Below, piece after piece: positions 1 to 11,980 of a DNA stretch of 64,000 nt. Each line of letters starts with the position of its first letter. The stretch's first letter is position 1. Source of the stretch: a bacterium (GTDB taxonomy: Bacteria; UBA8248); the NCBI GenBank assembly GCA_965213685.1, contig CBDBZY010000016.1, forward strand, positions 224,001 through 288,000. The letters run 5' to 3'. The notes below the pieces were generated by a model. The model saw nothing but the letters and a program-made list of their open reading frames with translations. It made no database searches and was not told the DNA's origin. The translations under genes were made by a program, and so were the position numbers.

Positions 1-631
1 AGCTGTTGGACCAGCAGCTGGTGAAGTGCTGGAGAAAGGCCACAGAGAACTGAACCAACTGGGAGACTCACTCAAGAGAATTCCTGGCCCACCTCGTAAG
101 GTGGAGGTCATTGGACGAGGGTCTGATCAAGTGAAGCTGAGCTGGCAACCTCCAAAGAAGAACCCTGAGGCTGCTGAGAGCTATGTGGTGTGGAAACAAG
201 AGGAGGGGAAGCAGTGGGAGAGGGTGAGGGAGACAAAGAAGACCAAAATCCTCATCACTGGACTGAAGTCAAAGACCGACTACCAGTTCAAAGTCACAGC
301 CACTAATGATCTGATTAAGAGTGTGGCTACAACACATGACTCATGTACAATGGAGTCAAAAGCTAAGATGGGAGCTATTGGTGGTGGTGGAGGAGCAGTT
401 GCATTTGCATTGTCTCCACTTTTAGGTTATCAGGCTATAACTGATGGAGACATGAGTACAAAAATAGTAGCCATATCAGTCGTCACTACACCAATCAGCC
501 TCATATGTGCTCCAGTTACTGCTACTGTGGGTGCAGTTTTGATTGCTAGGGAAATGATTAAGGAAAAATGCTACAGTGGAGACCTGTCCCCAGAGAGTGA
601 TGATGAGACGTCATGTGACTCCACAGAATGA
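1..631 (+). CDS. GBP-FN3-TM gene copy 1, 3' part only (starts before the window)
   Basis: The frame is open from the window start (AVGPAAGEVLEKG...). It covers the end of the helical region, FN3 (PGPP..VKLSWQPP..YVV..W..ITGLKS.T.YQFKVTATN), the hydrophobic hairpin and the GDLSPESDDETSCDSTE tail, collinear with the full copies. Confidence 0.9.
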   Translation, partial: AVGPAAGEVLEKGHRELNQLGDSLKRIPGPPRKVEVIGRGSDQVKLSWQPPKKNPEAAESYVVWKQEEGKQWERVRETKKTKILITGLKSKTDYQFKVTATNDLIKSVATTHDSCTMESKAKMGAIGGGGGAVAFALSPLLGYQAITDGDMSTKIVAISVVTTPISLICAPVTATVGAVLIAREMIKEKCYSGDLSPESDDETSCDSTE

Positions 632-1472
632 CATGGCAATACTCTATGGCTAGCTATAGCTGCTCTTGTGTGTACACGTTCATGTACTCTCATACCTGCC
701 ACAATAAACACAACATGCACATGTATTTTCATATAATTATTATATATGACATTGTGTTGGCATGGCAACAGCAGACCCTGAGTGAGCATCCATAGTGTGG
801 GTGGAGCCAGAGAGGTCACCAGTGGGTAGTACACACAGCAGTGATCATCACTGGTTGCCATGACGAGATGGCCTCTGTCCTTATTATGTAGTTGCCATGT
901 CCCTATGACATGTTGCTGTCTGTACTGGCTTCTGGTGCAATCTGATTGGTCATTTGATTCTTCTCATCACATGATTTGTTTGCATTGTCATGTGACTTGG
1001 TTTCTGAGTTCTGGTTGGTGGCTAAATGGTGGATGCTACTCAACTTCAGTGGCAAAGGTGTGAGGGGGGAGGGGTGAGGAGGGGAGGGGGAGGATGGGGA
1101 GGGTGATTGTGAGAGTCATTTTGCTCTTGTCAAACTTTGCTCTCCCATTGAGTTGGTCTACTGGGTAAGAGAGGGCCAGCTGGAATGAGTTAAGGGAGGG
1201 AGGGAAAGAGGGAGAGAGAGGAAGGAGAGGGAAAGGGAAAGAAAAAAGGGAGAGGGATGGAGGGACGGAGGGAGGGAGGAAGGGAGTGGGAAAGGGAAGG
1301 AAGAAAAGGAGAGGGAGGGAGGGGGAAAAGGGAGAGGAAGAGAGGGAGGGAAGGAGAGGGAGGGAGGGAGGGAGAAGGTAAGATGTTGCTAGGATACATC
1401 CAGGAGGTATGGTGGTGTTTTGTTCTGAAGTAGAAGTTCTCAAACACATCCAATTCCACATCTGCTGCAGAG

Positions 1473-1543
<71 letters not shown>

Positions 1544-2077
1544 TGTGCATGTGTGTGTGCGTGTGAAAAAGAAGAGAGAGAGAGAGAGAGGCTCACCTCC
1601 CCCCACACAGCCACCCTCCCCTCCACTCACCACTCCAGGCAGCTCCACACACACTACCATCTCCTTCGGTCTCCTCCCTCTCCTGGACACTCTGTCATTA
1701 GTGAAGTCCTTCATAGTAACCTCCCCTCTGTAGGTGAGGGTGTAGGATGGTTGGGGAGGGGAGGAGGAGGAGGGGGAGGAGGGGGAGGAGTGCTTTTTTC
1801 TTCTCTCTCTGTTCCTGTTGGTGGGTTTCTTCTCTTTTGTGGAGAAAATATAAAAGAGGAAGGAAGGGAGGGAGGGAGGGAGAGAGGGAGGCAGAGAGGA
1901 AGGGAGGTAGGGGAGAGAGGGAAGGGAGGTGGGGGAGAGAGGGAGGGAGGCAGGGAGAGAGAGTAGGTGGGAATATATACAGTTAGCATGATTGTGTATT
2001 TGTGGAATGTACAATGCAACACAACAATACTAGAGTTGCTAGGTTACCACATGAGGTCACTCACTCTGTGCTGTCTG

Positions 2078-2446
2078 CCCCTAGGCTGGCTAGCCTTAAA
2101 AATATGTGCTTCCCCTTATCCTGCCGCTAATAAGTACCAAGCTTCGGCTTGGTCTCCAAAGCAGACACAGGAATTCGAACTCTACCCTCAGGCCTCCCCC
2201 TTGGCAGAGTGGTTATGCGTTCCATCTGGTAAACAGATGAACGTGGGTTCGAATCCCGCAGTGGGAGCCAGTTTTTTTCCGGCAAGGAAAACTGGTGTCT
2301 GCTACAGATACGGAGCAGGAGTGGCCTTAGGTTCACAAAAACAGAGCATTTATGCCTAGTAGATTTAATTATAACACCCTGCATTTCATGCCTTCCATAT
2401 GCACGTGAGCCCGAGGCCCGGCCCCTAGGCTGGCTAGCCTTAAAAA
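2078..2446 (+). mobile_element. tRNA-containing non-autonomous insertion with short terminal direct repeats and 13-bp TSD
   Basis: Absent from the paralogous empty site (about 15893-15905). TSD tctgtgctgtctg at 2065-2077 and 2447-2459; direct repeat cccctaggctggctagccttaaaaa at both ends; internal A-box/B-box tRNA-like segment. Confidence 0.85.
2192..2270 (+). other. Degenerate tRNA(Thr)-like segment inside the insertion
   Basis: A-box tggcagagtggt, loop ctggtaa followed by acaga, B-box gggttcgaatccc, acceptor-like ctccc/gggag, ends in cca followed by a T7 run. Stems have mismatches. Confidence 0.6.
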
Positions 2447-2597
2447 TCTGTGCTGTCTGAGCTGAGGGGAGGGTATGGGATAGGGAATGGGAGGGAGGAG
2501 GAGGAGGAGGAGGAGGAGGAGGAGGAAGAGGTGGGGGAGGAGGAGAAGGAAGGAGAGGAGGCACCTTTGGACTGGAGGAGAGAGAGAAGAGAGACAG

Positions 2598-2650
<53 letters not shown>

Positions 2651-3127
2651 TTCTCCTTCTCTACTGGGTCAAATGTAAGGCCTGATGCCTACTAGACATG
2701 TGTGTAAATTCTGCATAATTATTCCTTTGGCACAAGCTTTCTAAATTTGGTAACAGTTGCATAGTACATTAAATCATGACAAAGCTTTCCCTTCATAACT
2801 CACTTTTGAATGCTTTTTCTTTTCCCTGATGACAGTTGGGTGTGGCTTGCCCTTATAAGGCAGCTTGAGGAACTTCATTTTGGCGGTGTCGACCTTTACC
2901 CCGTCCTTTGTCTCTATGGCTTCAATCACCGTGTCGATCAGCAGCTGCATGAACCTGGGATACTGGGGAGGGAGGGAAGGAGGGAGGGAAGGAGGGAGGG
3001 AGGGGGGAGGGGAAGGAGGGGAAGAGGGAAGAGAGGAGGAAAGGAGGGAGGGAGGGAGGGAGGGAGGGAGGGAGAAATTGGGGAAATGTGCAACACACCA
3101 CAAAACTTGGTCAGTAGTGATGTGTAC

Positions 3128-3648
3128 AGTTCTCAAGGCTAGGCACCCAGGGTCCTGCTTTCTTGTTTTGCCGTTTTGTATGTTGTGTCTTTTGTGTTTT
3201 ATGTGTGCACATATCCCACCTTGTACATTACTGCCACAGAGTGGGAGGAGGGTATGAACCATAATTCCCTCCCCTAGGCAACTTGTACAACTTGTAGGAA
3301 GTTATGGCTCATAATTTCCTCATCATGTAAATTTTGTAATGGGTCAGTGTGTTATGATGTACATCATGTACAAAATGTAAATTATTTATGTACATCATGT
3401 AAAAATTATAATGGGCTGGCATTCTTTCATGTATACTATGTACAGGCCATGTAGGCTGCAGTGACCAATCAGGTGGGATATATAATAGTAAGAGCCCGGT
3501 TGCCATGGACTTAAGGTCTAAAGCCACCCGAGTCCGAGGCGATAGCCCGAGGACAAGGAATGGTTTTTAATGTACGTGTACAATGGCTTGAGGTTCTTTC
3601 TCTTCTTTCTAACTTTTCTGTAGCTAGGATGCTATACACATGTTTTTC
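3128..3648. mobile_element. About 520-bp intronic insertion (putative non-autonomous element); second copy at about 28723-29240
   Basis: Present in kintoun copies 1 and 3, absent from the same intron in the other copies (e.g. near 16465). Internal inverted repeat atatcccacc/ggtgggatat. Boundaries approximate. Confidence 0.55.
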
Positions 3649-4309
3649 CATGGATCACAGGGTTGAGCATACAATGATCATGTGATGATCACATGGCAAT
3701 CATGTGACTCCTACCTTCTGCCCTAGCCCTCTCATGTAGGTGTGTGGGTTGAACACCACGTCAATCACCACACACCTCTTCCCAGCTGCAAGGAGGGAGG
3801 GAGGGAGATCAGGAGCAGCTGCTGAGAATGATCAAACACTCAGAAATACACCCCTCCCTCCCTCCATCCCCCTATCCCCACCTCCCTCCCTCACATTTTC
3901 CCTCTCTTCCTCCACCCTCCCTCCATCCCCTCTCCCACCCTCCCTCCCAACGTCCCTTTCTCTCTCTCCCTCCCTCTCTCCCTCCCTCTTCCTTCTTCCT
4001 CATTTTCTCCCTCTCTTCCCCCCCCCCCTGACTCCCTCCCCCCTCCTCACACCCTCCGATGCACCCTATCTCTCTCCCTCCCTCCCTCCTTCCCTCTTTC
4101 TCTCTCCCCCCCTCCCCCCCTCCCTCACACTTGTCCAGGTCCTCTCTGTCGGGGGTGATGGAGTACGGGATCTGCCACTGCTGCCCACGTTTCTTGCTGC
4201 TCCCTTTACCAGCTACGGATGTTGCCGTGGAAACCACAGCACTCTGACAGACATTAATGAATGTCTTGCGGTGACCAGGTTCCACAAATACCTTCATCAT
4301 GAACCCAGG

Positions 4310-4375
<66 letters not shown>

Positions 4376-4556
4376 ACATGTATACTACACATGTACCTTA
4401 CGGAAGGTATAGTATCTATGGTACGTGTGTGTGCAGGCATGTGTCTCCCTCCCTCCCTCACTGTGGGGTTGATGAACTTGACCTCCTGCCCTCTCATCCT
4501 CTCCAGCTCAGTCATCTCATGCTCATAGCACTGGAGATGAGAGAGACGAAGAAAGT

Positions 4557-4845
<289 letters not shown>

Positions 4846-5418
4846 CTCTCTGCCTATATGTAATGTTCTCTCCTCCTTCAATCTCCCTCTCCCTTCACCT
4901 GCTGAAGGTTTGCTAACTTCCTTGTCTCTCTCTCTCTCTCTCCTTTCTTTCTCCACAAAACTCACTCTCCTGTTCTCTGGGTCCTCAATCTCTTTTGAAT
5001 ACTCCACAAGCAGCTTCCGAAACTCCTCCTTCTTCAGAGCCTCTTGGAAGGACTTGATCTCCTGTGGAGGGTGAGGGGGTGAGGGCAGGGAAGGGGCAGA
5101 GCTTGGAGGTGGGGACATACTAATGGTTTGCTGGACAGATCGACCGCGACGCAAGGCATAGGGCTAACGGGCTAGCGAGACTACACACAAGAGGAACGCA
5201 GCGACGAGTGCAGCTGGAGGGAAATGTTGTTAGAAAAATGTTGTTGAAAACGTGAGCTCTTGTTCGTGCAAGGCATGGCAACGGATACCCACGGGTGCAC
5301 TGACGTGTACGGTGCGTTGCATTCCGTATATGTTGAGTATCCGGTAAATGGGTGGGGCTGTAATACGAGTTGCAGCTCTTAGTAGTGTGGTTTACTGAGC
5401 TAAGAGAAAAGCGTAGCG

Positions 5419-7120
<1,702 letters not shown>

Positions 7121-7203
7121 CCTGTGTATTGTGTCATTATCTGTACTACCACTATTACATCATGGTTTAAAATGACCACTATTACATCATGGTTTAAAAT
7201 TAC

Positions 7204-7230
7204 CAATCAAAACCTACTGCCCATATAAGG
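7204..7230 (+). promoter_or_regulatory. Putative CCAAT + TATA-like core promoter of type-A GBP copies
   Basis: ccaatc..ccatataagg about 140-165 bp before the ATG at 7370; paralogs show ccaatc..catataaag (near 40675-40700 and 31355-31380). Motif evidence only. Confidence 0.3.
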
Positions 7231-7369
7231 ATCCCCCGCTGCTACAACCCTGACATGAATATAATTATGGTTTGCTATGCTCAGCAATTCCATAACGTGT
7301 AGCAAGAGAGAAGCACTAGAAATCACCACTTTCTCATTGCCTCACTCCAGTACCAAACAGCTACCAGCG

Positions 7370-9484
7370 ATGGCTAAGAAGCAGGAAGTTCCCTCCCTCA
7401 CCCCTCGAGACCTCACCCTCCCTGGTAGGTCCCTCCCTCCTGCCATGCCCCTCATCATCTCCACCCAAGACAGCTGGGACCCTCACAGCTGCAAGCTGGA
7501 GACTCACCAGCACAACAGCCAACCACAACACCTACAGATAGTCACAGACACTCTACAACTGCTGGGAACCATCAACAAGCCTGTGGCTGTCCTGTCCATC
7601 TGTGGCCCCTACCGCTCGGGGAAGTCCTACTTCATCTCCCAACTGCTGGGCAGGCCTGAGGCCTTTCAGCTGGGCCACAGGATGCAAGCCTGTACACGTG
7701 GAATCTGGATGGCCACCACTGTCCTGGAGTGTGAGCAGTTTGTCACGATCTTGCTGGACACGGAAGGCATCGATGCCATTAGAGCCTCCGAGACCATGGC
7801 CATGAGCTTGCTGACTGTCACCACACTCCTCAGCTCCTACCTTATCTACAACTCCAAGAAGGTGCCCCAGAAGGTGGACCTGGACAAGATGAGGTGCTTC
7901 ACCCAGCTCTCCAGGTCTCTGCTTGTGCATAAAGGGGAATCCATGAGGGCAGAGGTCATGAGGAAGTTCTTCCCTCACTTTCTGTGGCTACTGCGAGATG
8001 TGACACTGAAAGTGACAGACAGAGTTGGCCAGAGCATCCCAGCCACTGAGTTCCTGCACACTCGTGTGCTGGCATCAGAAGCTGGCCAGCCTACAGAGCT
8101 GGGCAAGTCTCTTTGCAGCCTCTTCCCCTCACTGGAATGCCACACTCTTCCCATGCCAAGCATCAACCCCAAAGTCATCAAGAACATTGTGGAGCAACAG
8201 GACAAGCTCAAACCAGCATTCAACAAGGCAGTGGATCAACTGATCCAGCGAATCCTGCAGCAAGTCACGCCCAAGAAAGCCATCGATGGAGTGAGTGTGG
8301 TGGATGGCCCAGCTCTAGCTGCTCTGACCCGTGGGTATGTGGATGCCATCAACACACCAGGAGCAATACCAGACCTGGAACAAGGCTGGCAGGCTGTCAT
8401 CAAGTGGAAACTGAAGGAACTATCACACAAGCTAGTGGAAGAGTACAGGAGAGAGATGGAGGAATGTTTAGGAGACAATCTTCCCATGGAGGAGAGGAAT
8501 CTGATGAGAATCCACCAACAGACACTGAGCAGGAAAAGGGAGTCACTGCAGCAGGAGATCCGTCGACTCAAGCCATTGAGTTCCACCTCTGGAGACAAAG
8601 ACCCAGTCCTGAGTCAACTGGAGCAGGCAATCAGTCAGACAAACGAGGGGGGTGAGGTGATTGGGGGGGTCCTGTTCCAGTTCACCACTCACAACTACTC
8701 CAAGTCCAAGCAGCAGTGTGAAGAGGTGCTGGTGGAAGCAGTGAAGAGCAGTGGAATTCACAAGAAGTGTCAGGAAGCCTTCATCAACTCACAGCCACTG
8801 GACATAATGGCAGAGATACAGGAGATTGACAGGCAATACCACAGGCAAGCTGTTGGACCAGCAGCCAGTGAAGTGCTGGAGAAAGGCCACAGAGAACTGA
8901 ACCAACTGGGAGACTCACTCAAGAGAATTCCTGGCCCACCTAGTGAGGTGGAGGTCATTGGAAAGGCACCTGATCGAGTGAAGCTGAGCTGGCAACCTCC
9001 AAAGAAGAACCCTGAGGCTGCTGAGAGCTATGTGGTGTGGAAACAAGAGGAGGGGATGGAGTGGGAGAGGGTGAGGGAGACAAAGAAGACCAAAATCCTC
9101 ATCACTGGACTGAAGTCAGGGACAAAGTACCAGTTCAGAGTCACAGCCACTAATGACCTGATTAAGAGTGTGACTATAGCACAGGACTCACAGACATTGT
9201 GGTCAAAAGCTAAGATGGGAGCTATTGCTGGTGGTGCAGGAGCAATTGGTCTGTCTCTGATGCCAGTTGCACTTGCTATTCATGTTATGAGTGATAAAAA
9301 AATGAGTATAAAAATGGCAGTAGCCATATCAGTCGCCACTGCACCAATCAGCCTCATATGTACTCCAGTTACTGCTACTGTGGGTGGAGTTTGGTTTGCT
9401 AGGCAAATGATCAATTTGTGCTACCACAGTGGAGACCTGTCCCCAGAGAGTGATGATGAGACGTCATGTGACTCCACAGAATGA
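7370..9484 (+). CDS. GBP-FN3-TM protein copy 2 (type A N-terminus MAKKQEVP; ORF open from 7277)
   Basis: Intronless ORF with G1 GPYRSGKS, G2 CTRGIWM, G3 LLDTEG, G4 WLLRD, a GBP-like helical region, FN3 and two hydrophobic segments. Start choice is inferred. Confidence 0.92.
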   Translation: MAKKQEVPSLTPRDLTLPGRSLPPAMPLIISTQDSWDPHSCKLETHQHNSQPQHLQIVTDTLQLLGTINKPVAVLSICGPYRSGKSYFISQLLGRPEAFQLGHRMQACTRGIWMATTVLECEQFVTILLDTEGIDAIRASETMAMSLLTVTTLLSSYLIYNSKKVPQKVDLDKMRCFTQLSRSLLVHKGESMRAEVMRKFFPHFLWLLRDVTLKVTDRVGQSIPATEFLHTRVLASEAGQPTELGKSLCSLFPSLECHTLPMPSINPKVIKNIVEQQDKLKPAFNKAVDQLIQRILQQVTPKKAIDGVSVVDGPALAALTRGYVDAINTPGAIPDLEQGWQAVIKWKLKELSHKLVEEYRREMEECLGDNLPMEERNLMRIHQQTLSRKRESLQQEIRRLKPLSSTSGDKDPVLSQLEQAISQTNEGGEVIGGVLFQFTTHNYSKSKQQCEEVLVEAVKSSGIHKKCQEAFINSQPLDIMAEIQEIDRQYHRQAVGPAASEVLEKGHRELNQLGDSLKRIPGPPSEVEVIGKAPDRVKLSWQPPKKNPEAAESYVVWKQEEGMEWERVRETKKTKILITGLKSGTKYQFRVTATNDLIKSVTIAQDSQTLWSKAKMGAIAGGAGAIGLSLMPVALAIHVMSDKKMSIKMAVAISVATAPISLICTPVTATVGGVWFARQMINLCYHSGDLSPESDDETSCDSTE

Positions 9485-9840
9485 CGTGACAATACTCTAT
9501 GGCTAGCTACAGCTGCTCTTGTGTGTACACGTTCACGTACTCTCATACCTGCCACAATACACACAACATGCACATGTATTTTGATATGGAGTGGATGTAA
9601 CTGACAAGGACAGTTATTATCAATAAAAGCCTTGTTTATATGACATTGTTAGCATGACATTGTGTTGGCATGGCAACAGCATATAAATGAGAACCCATCA
9701 GTAGTGTGGGTGGAGCCAGAGAGGTCACCAGTGGGTAGCACACACAGCAGTGATCATCACTGGTTGTCATGACGAGATGGGCCCCTGTCATCAACCACAA
9801 TTATTATGGAGTTGCCATGTCCCCAGCCACAGAGCAATGC

Positions 9841-9937
9841 TAGCCTCATTCCCAGGCCTTCCCCCACATGACAGCACAACACCACACCCAGCATGGTGGA
9901 GTGCTTGTGTGTGGGGGGCAGTCTGGGAAGAAGGCTA
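9841..9937. mobile_element. Old TAGCCTC..GGCTA-type MITE (paralogs near 27643, 44697, 57386, 60252, 63640)
   Basis: Ends tagcctcattcccagg / ctgggaa(c/g)aaggcta with degenerate 9-bp flanking repeats gagcaatgc/gagtgatgt. Confidence 0.6.
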
Positions 9938-10879
9938 GAGTGATGTGGATTGAATGACCATAAACTAATTATCATACACTGTACATGTAGTGGTGAGTGT
10001 TATGAGCACCGCTAGTGATGAGTATCATGACTTGTGTTCCTCTGTGGTGACTGAGTGTTGAGGTGATTGTGGTTCTCTCGGCCTGATCCACAGCAGCGGG
10101 AACATTCCAATCAAACATCTGATGATGATACCAGCACAGCGACCCTGAGACGAGGGAAGAGGAGGATGAGAAAGAGAGTGAGTACATTAAAACACCAGAG
10201 AAAGGAAGGAGAGAGGCAGGCAGGCAGGCAGGCAGACAAGCAACCAAGCAAGTAGGCAGATAGACAGACAGACAGACAGACAACTGTATCCACTTCAGGA
10301 GAGAAACTTCATAGATGCCATAGGGTGGGTAGTATACACAACATTTTGGCTATTATGCCCCCCTCAGTGTGATGTACAAACACGAGAAAGAGGTGCTCTA
10401 TATTGAGGGTGACTATTAATGGCTGAGCCAGCATGCCAGGTACTACAGAGCAAGGTTAATTAGGATGCGGAGATAAAATTATGACAAGCATTGTAACATG
10501 CTGACAGGAGTTGTGCATGCACAATGCATCACAGACTATCAACGCTGAGGTTCATGCCTGTGAGATGAGAGGTCCCCAGGAGCCTTTATATCCACTTGCT
10601 CTCCCAAAAAAACACCTGGAGACCTCTCATCCCAATGTGATAGCGAAGGAACCCCCCAGAGTGAAATTTGGGGTCCCCGGGAATATCATTCTCTCCAGAG
10701 CGCTAGCAAGGCACACACATATCCACTGTCACTGAGCACGACTGCACCCCATGCCACAGTATCATACATGCCACAATAAACAGAACTCAGAACCACTAAT
10801 CGTAACTAAAAGTAGTTTACCAAAAATTGCGAGTAGGGGCAGAGCCTGGGAACGAGCCTAGGCTAACATGGCCTCCCTC

Positions 10880-11898
10880 TGCTCGAGCAAAGTTGCGCGA
10901 CCTTGACCTCTGCGGCTTTGCTATTCTCCGAGTTAAAAAATCACTCATCAACATCGCGCGTGTGGACCTTGGGGACGGGGCTAATCCGAAGTAGCCTCGT
11001 TCCCAGGCCTGGGAACGAGGCTAAATTCGAAGGTACTATATATTTTCCCCAGGCCGCTTACGTGACCACTCGGCCCCCGCATGAATGCGCGCTGCGCGTC
11101 CTTGATACAAGTGTACAGCACTCAACTAGCTGGGTAAGAACTCTTTGGACTTGTGCAAGTGCTCTTCACACTCTCCTTACTGCAAGGAAAAGAGGTGGCT
11201 AAAGTGCTGCAGTGGCTGTTTTGACAGAATGGATGTGAGCACTCACTGGGAGATTTTCGTAACTGAACATGCGAACCTTACATCATCATTACACAATATC
11301 TCTACTTATGATAGTAGCAATATCTGCACAGAGAAGCAAACATACATTACCATACATGGAGTACCACACTCCAAATACATCACACAGGACAGCTATACAT
11401 GACGTACATGGCACTGCTAGACACATACAATATTGAGGAAGGTGAATTGATGTATATATACACTGCAGCATTGTCACACAACATTCACTTCAATTTGAAC
11501 CCTTTTCAGGCATAATAATTCCCATGATCATGCAGCTCAAAGCATATCATGTAACTAAGTATATAACTCTCTAGCTTTTACCTTGACAGAACACAAATTA
11601 CATACTGCTGTGCTTGGCCATATACTATGAGGAATATTTCCCTATATTCAGTGAACATGATAACATGAGAGTGCATGTATATGTGCTATACAGCAGTCCT
11701 CCTTGTCAAAAACACAGAAGGAAAAGCTCCAGCCTTGAGACTCAGGCTACTTGTGGAAACACTGACTTACTCTCTATAGTATACCACACAATAATATACA
11801 CACACTACTCCATTTTGGACATGCACATTGTGCTCTTCTCACTAGCTACCGGTGTCATGTGTACTGCAATGTTTATACAGCCCAATTTCCATTCACAG
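10880..11898 (+). promoter_or_regulatory. Putative CpG-rich promoter, non-coding exon and 5'UTR intron (11134-11898) of type-B GBP copies
   Basis: CpG-rich patch with tatatatt, donor tgg|gtaaga at 11134 and acceptor ttcacag| at 11898, 82 nt before the ATG. Conserved in paralogs at about 45740-46785 and 58440-59561. Confidence 0.45.
10992..11023. mobile_element. 32-bp perfect palindrome micro-MITE with 9-bp TSD
   Basis: tagcctcgttcccaggcctgggaacgaggcta flanked by aatccgaag/aattcgaag; absent from the paralog near 58615. Confidence 0.8.
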
Positions 11899-11980
11899 CA
11901 TGGAGGTCACTGAGGTCATTCAGTGTATTAGATTACAGGGCAATTGGTGCTTGTATTGATCCACTGCTGTTAGCTTTACA

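Noticed and set aside
2192-2270. Functional tRNA gene
   Set aside because: Mismatched acceptor and anticodon stems, and it lies inside a TSD-flanked insertion; treated as part of a mobile element.
7157-7200. Short tandem duplications (accactattacatcatggtttaaaat; also near 54667-54740 and 40183-40400)
   Set aside because: Simple local slippage duplications, variable among paralogs, with no sign of function.
9440-9484. C-terminal CaaX prenylation motif as in some vertebrate GBPs
   Set aside because: The end is SCDSTE: the Cys is fifth from the end and followed by polar or acidic residues.
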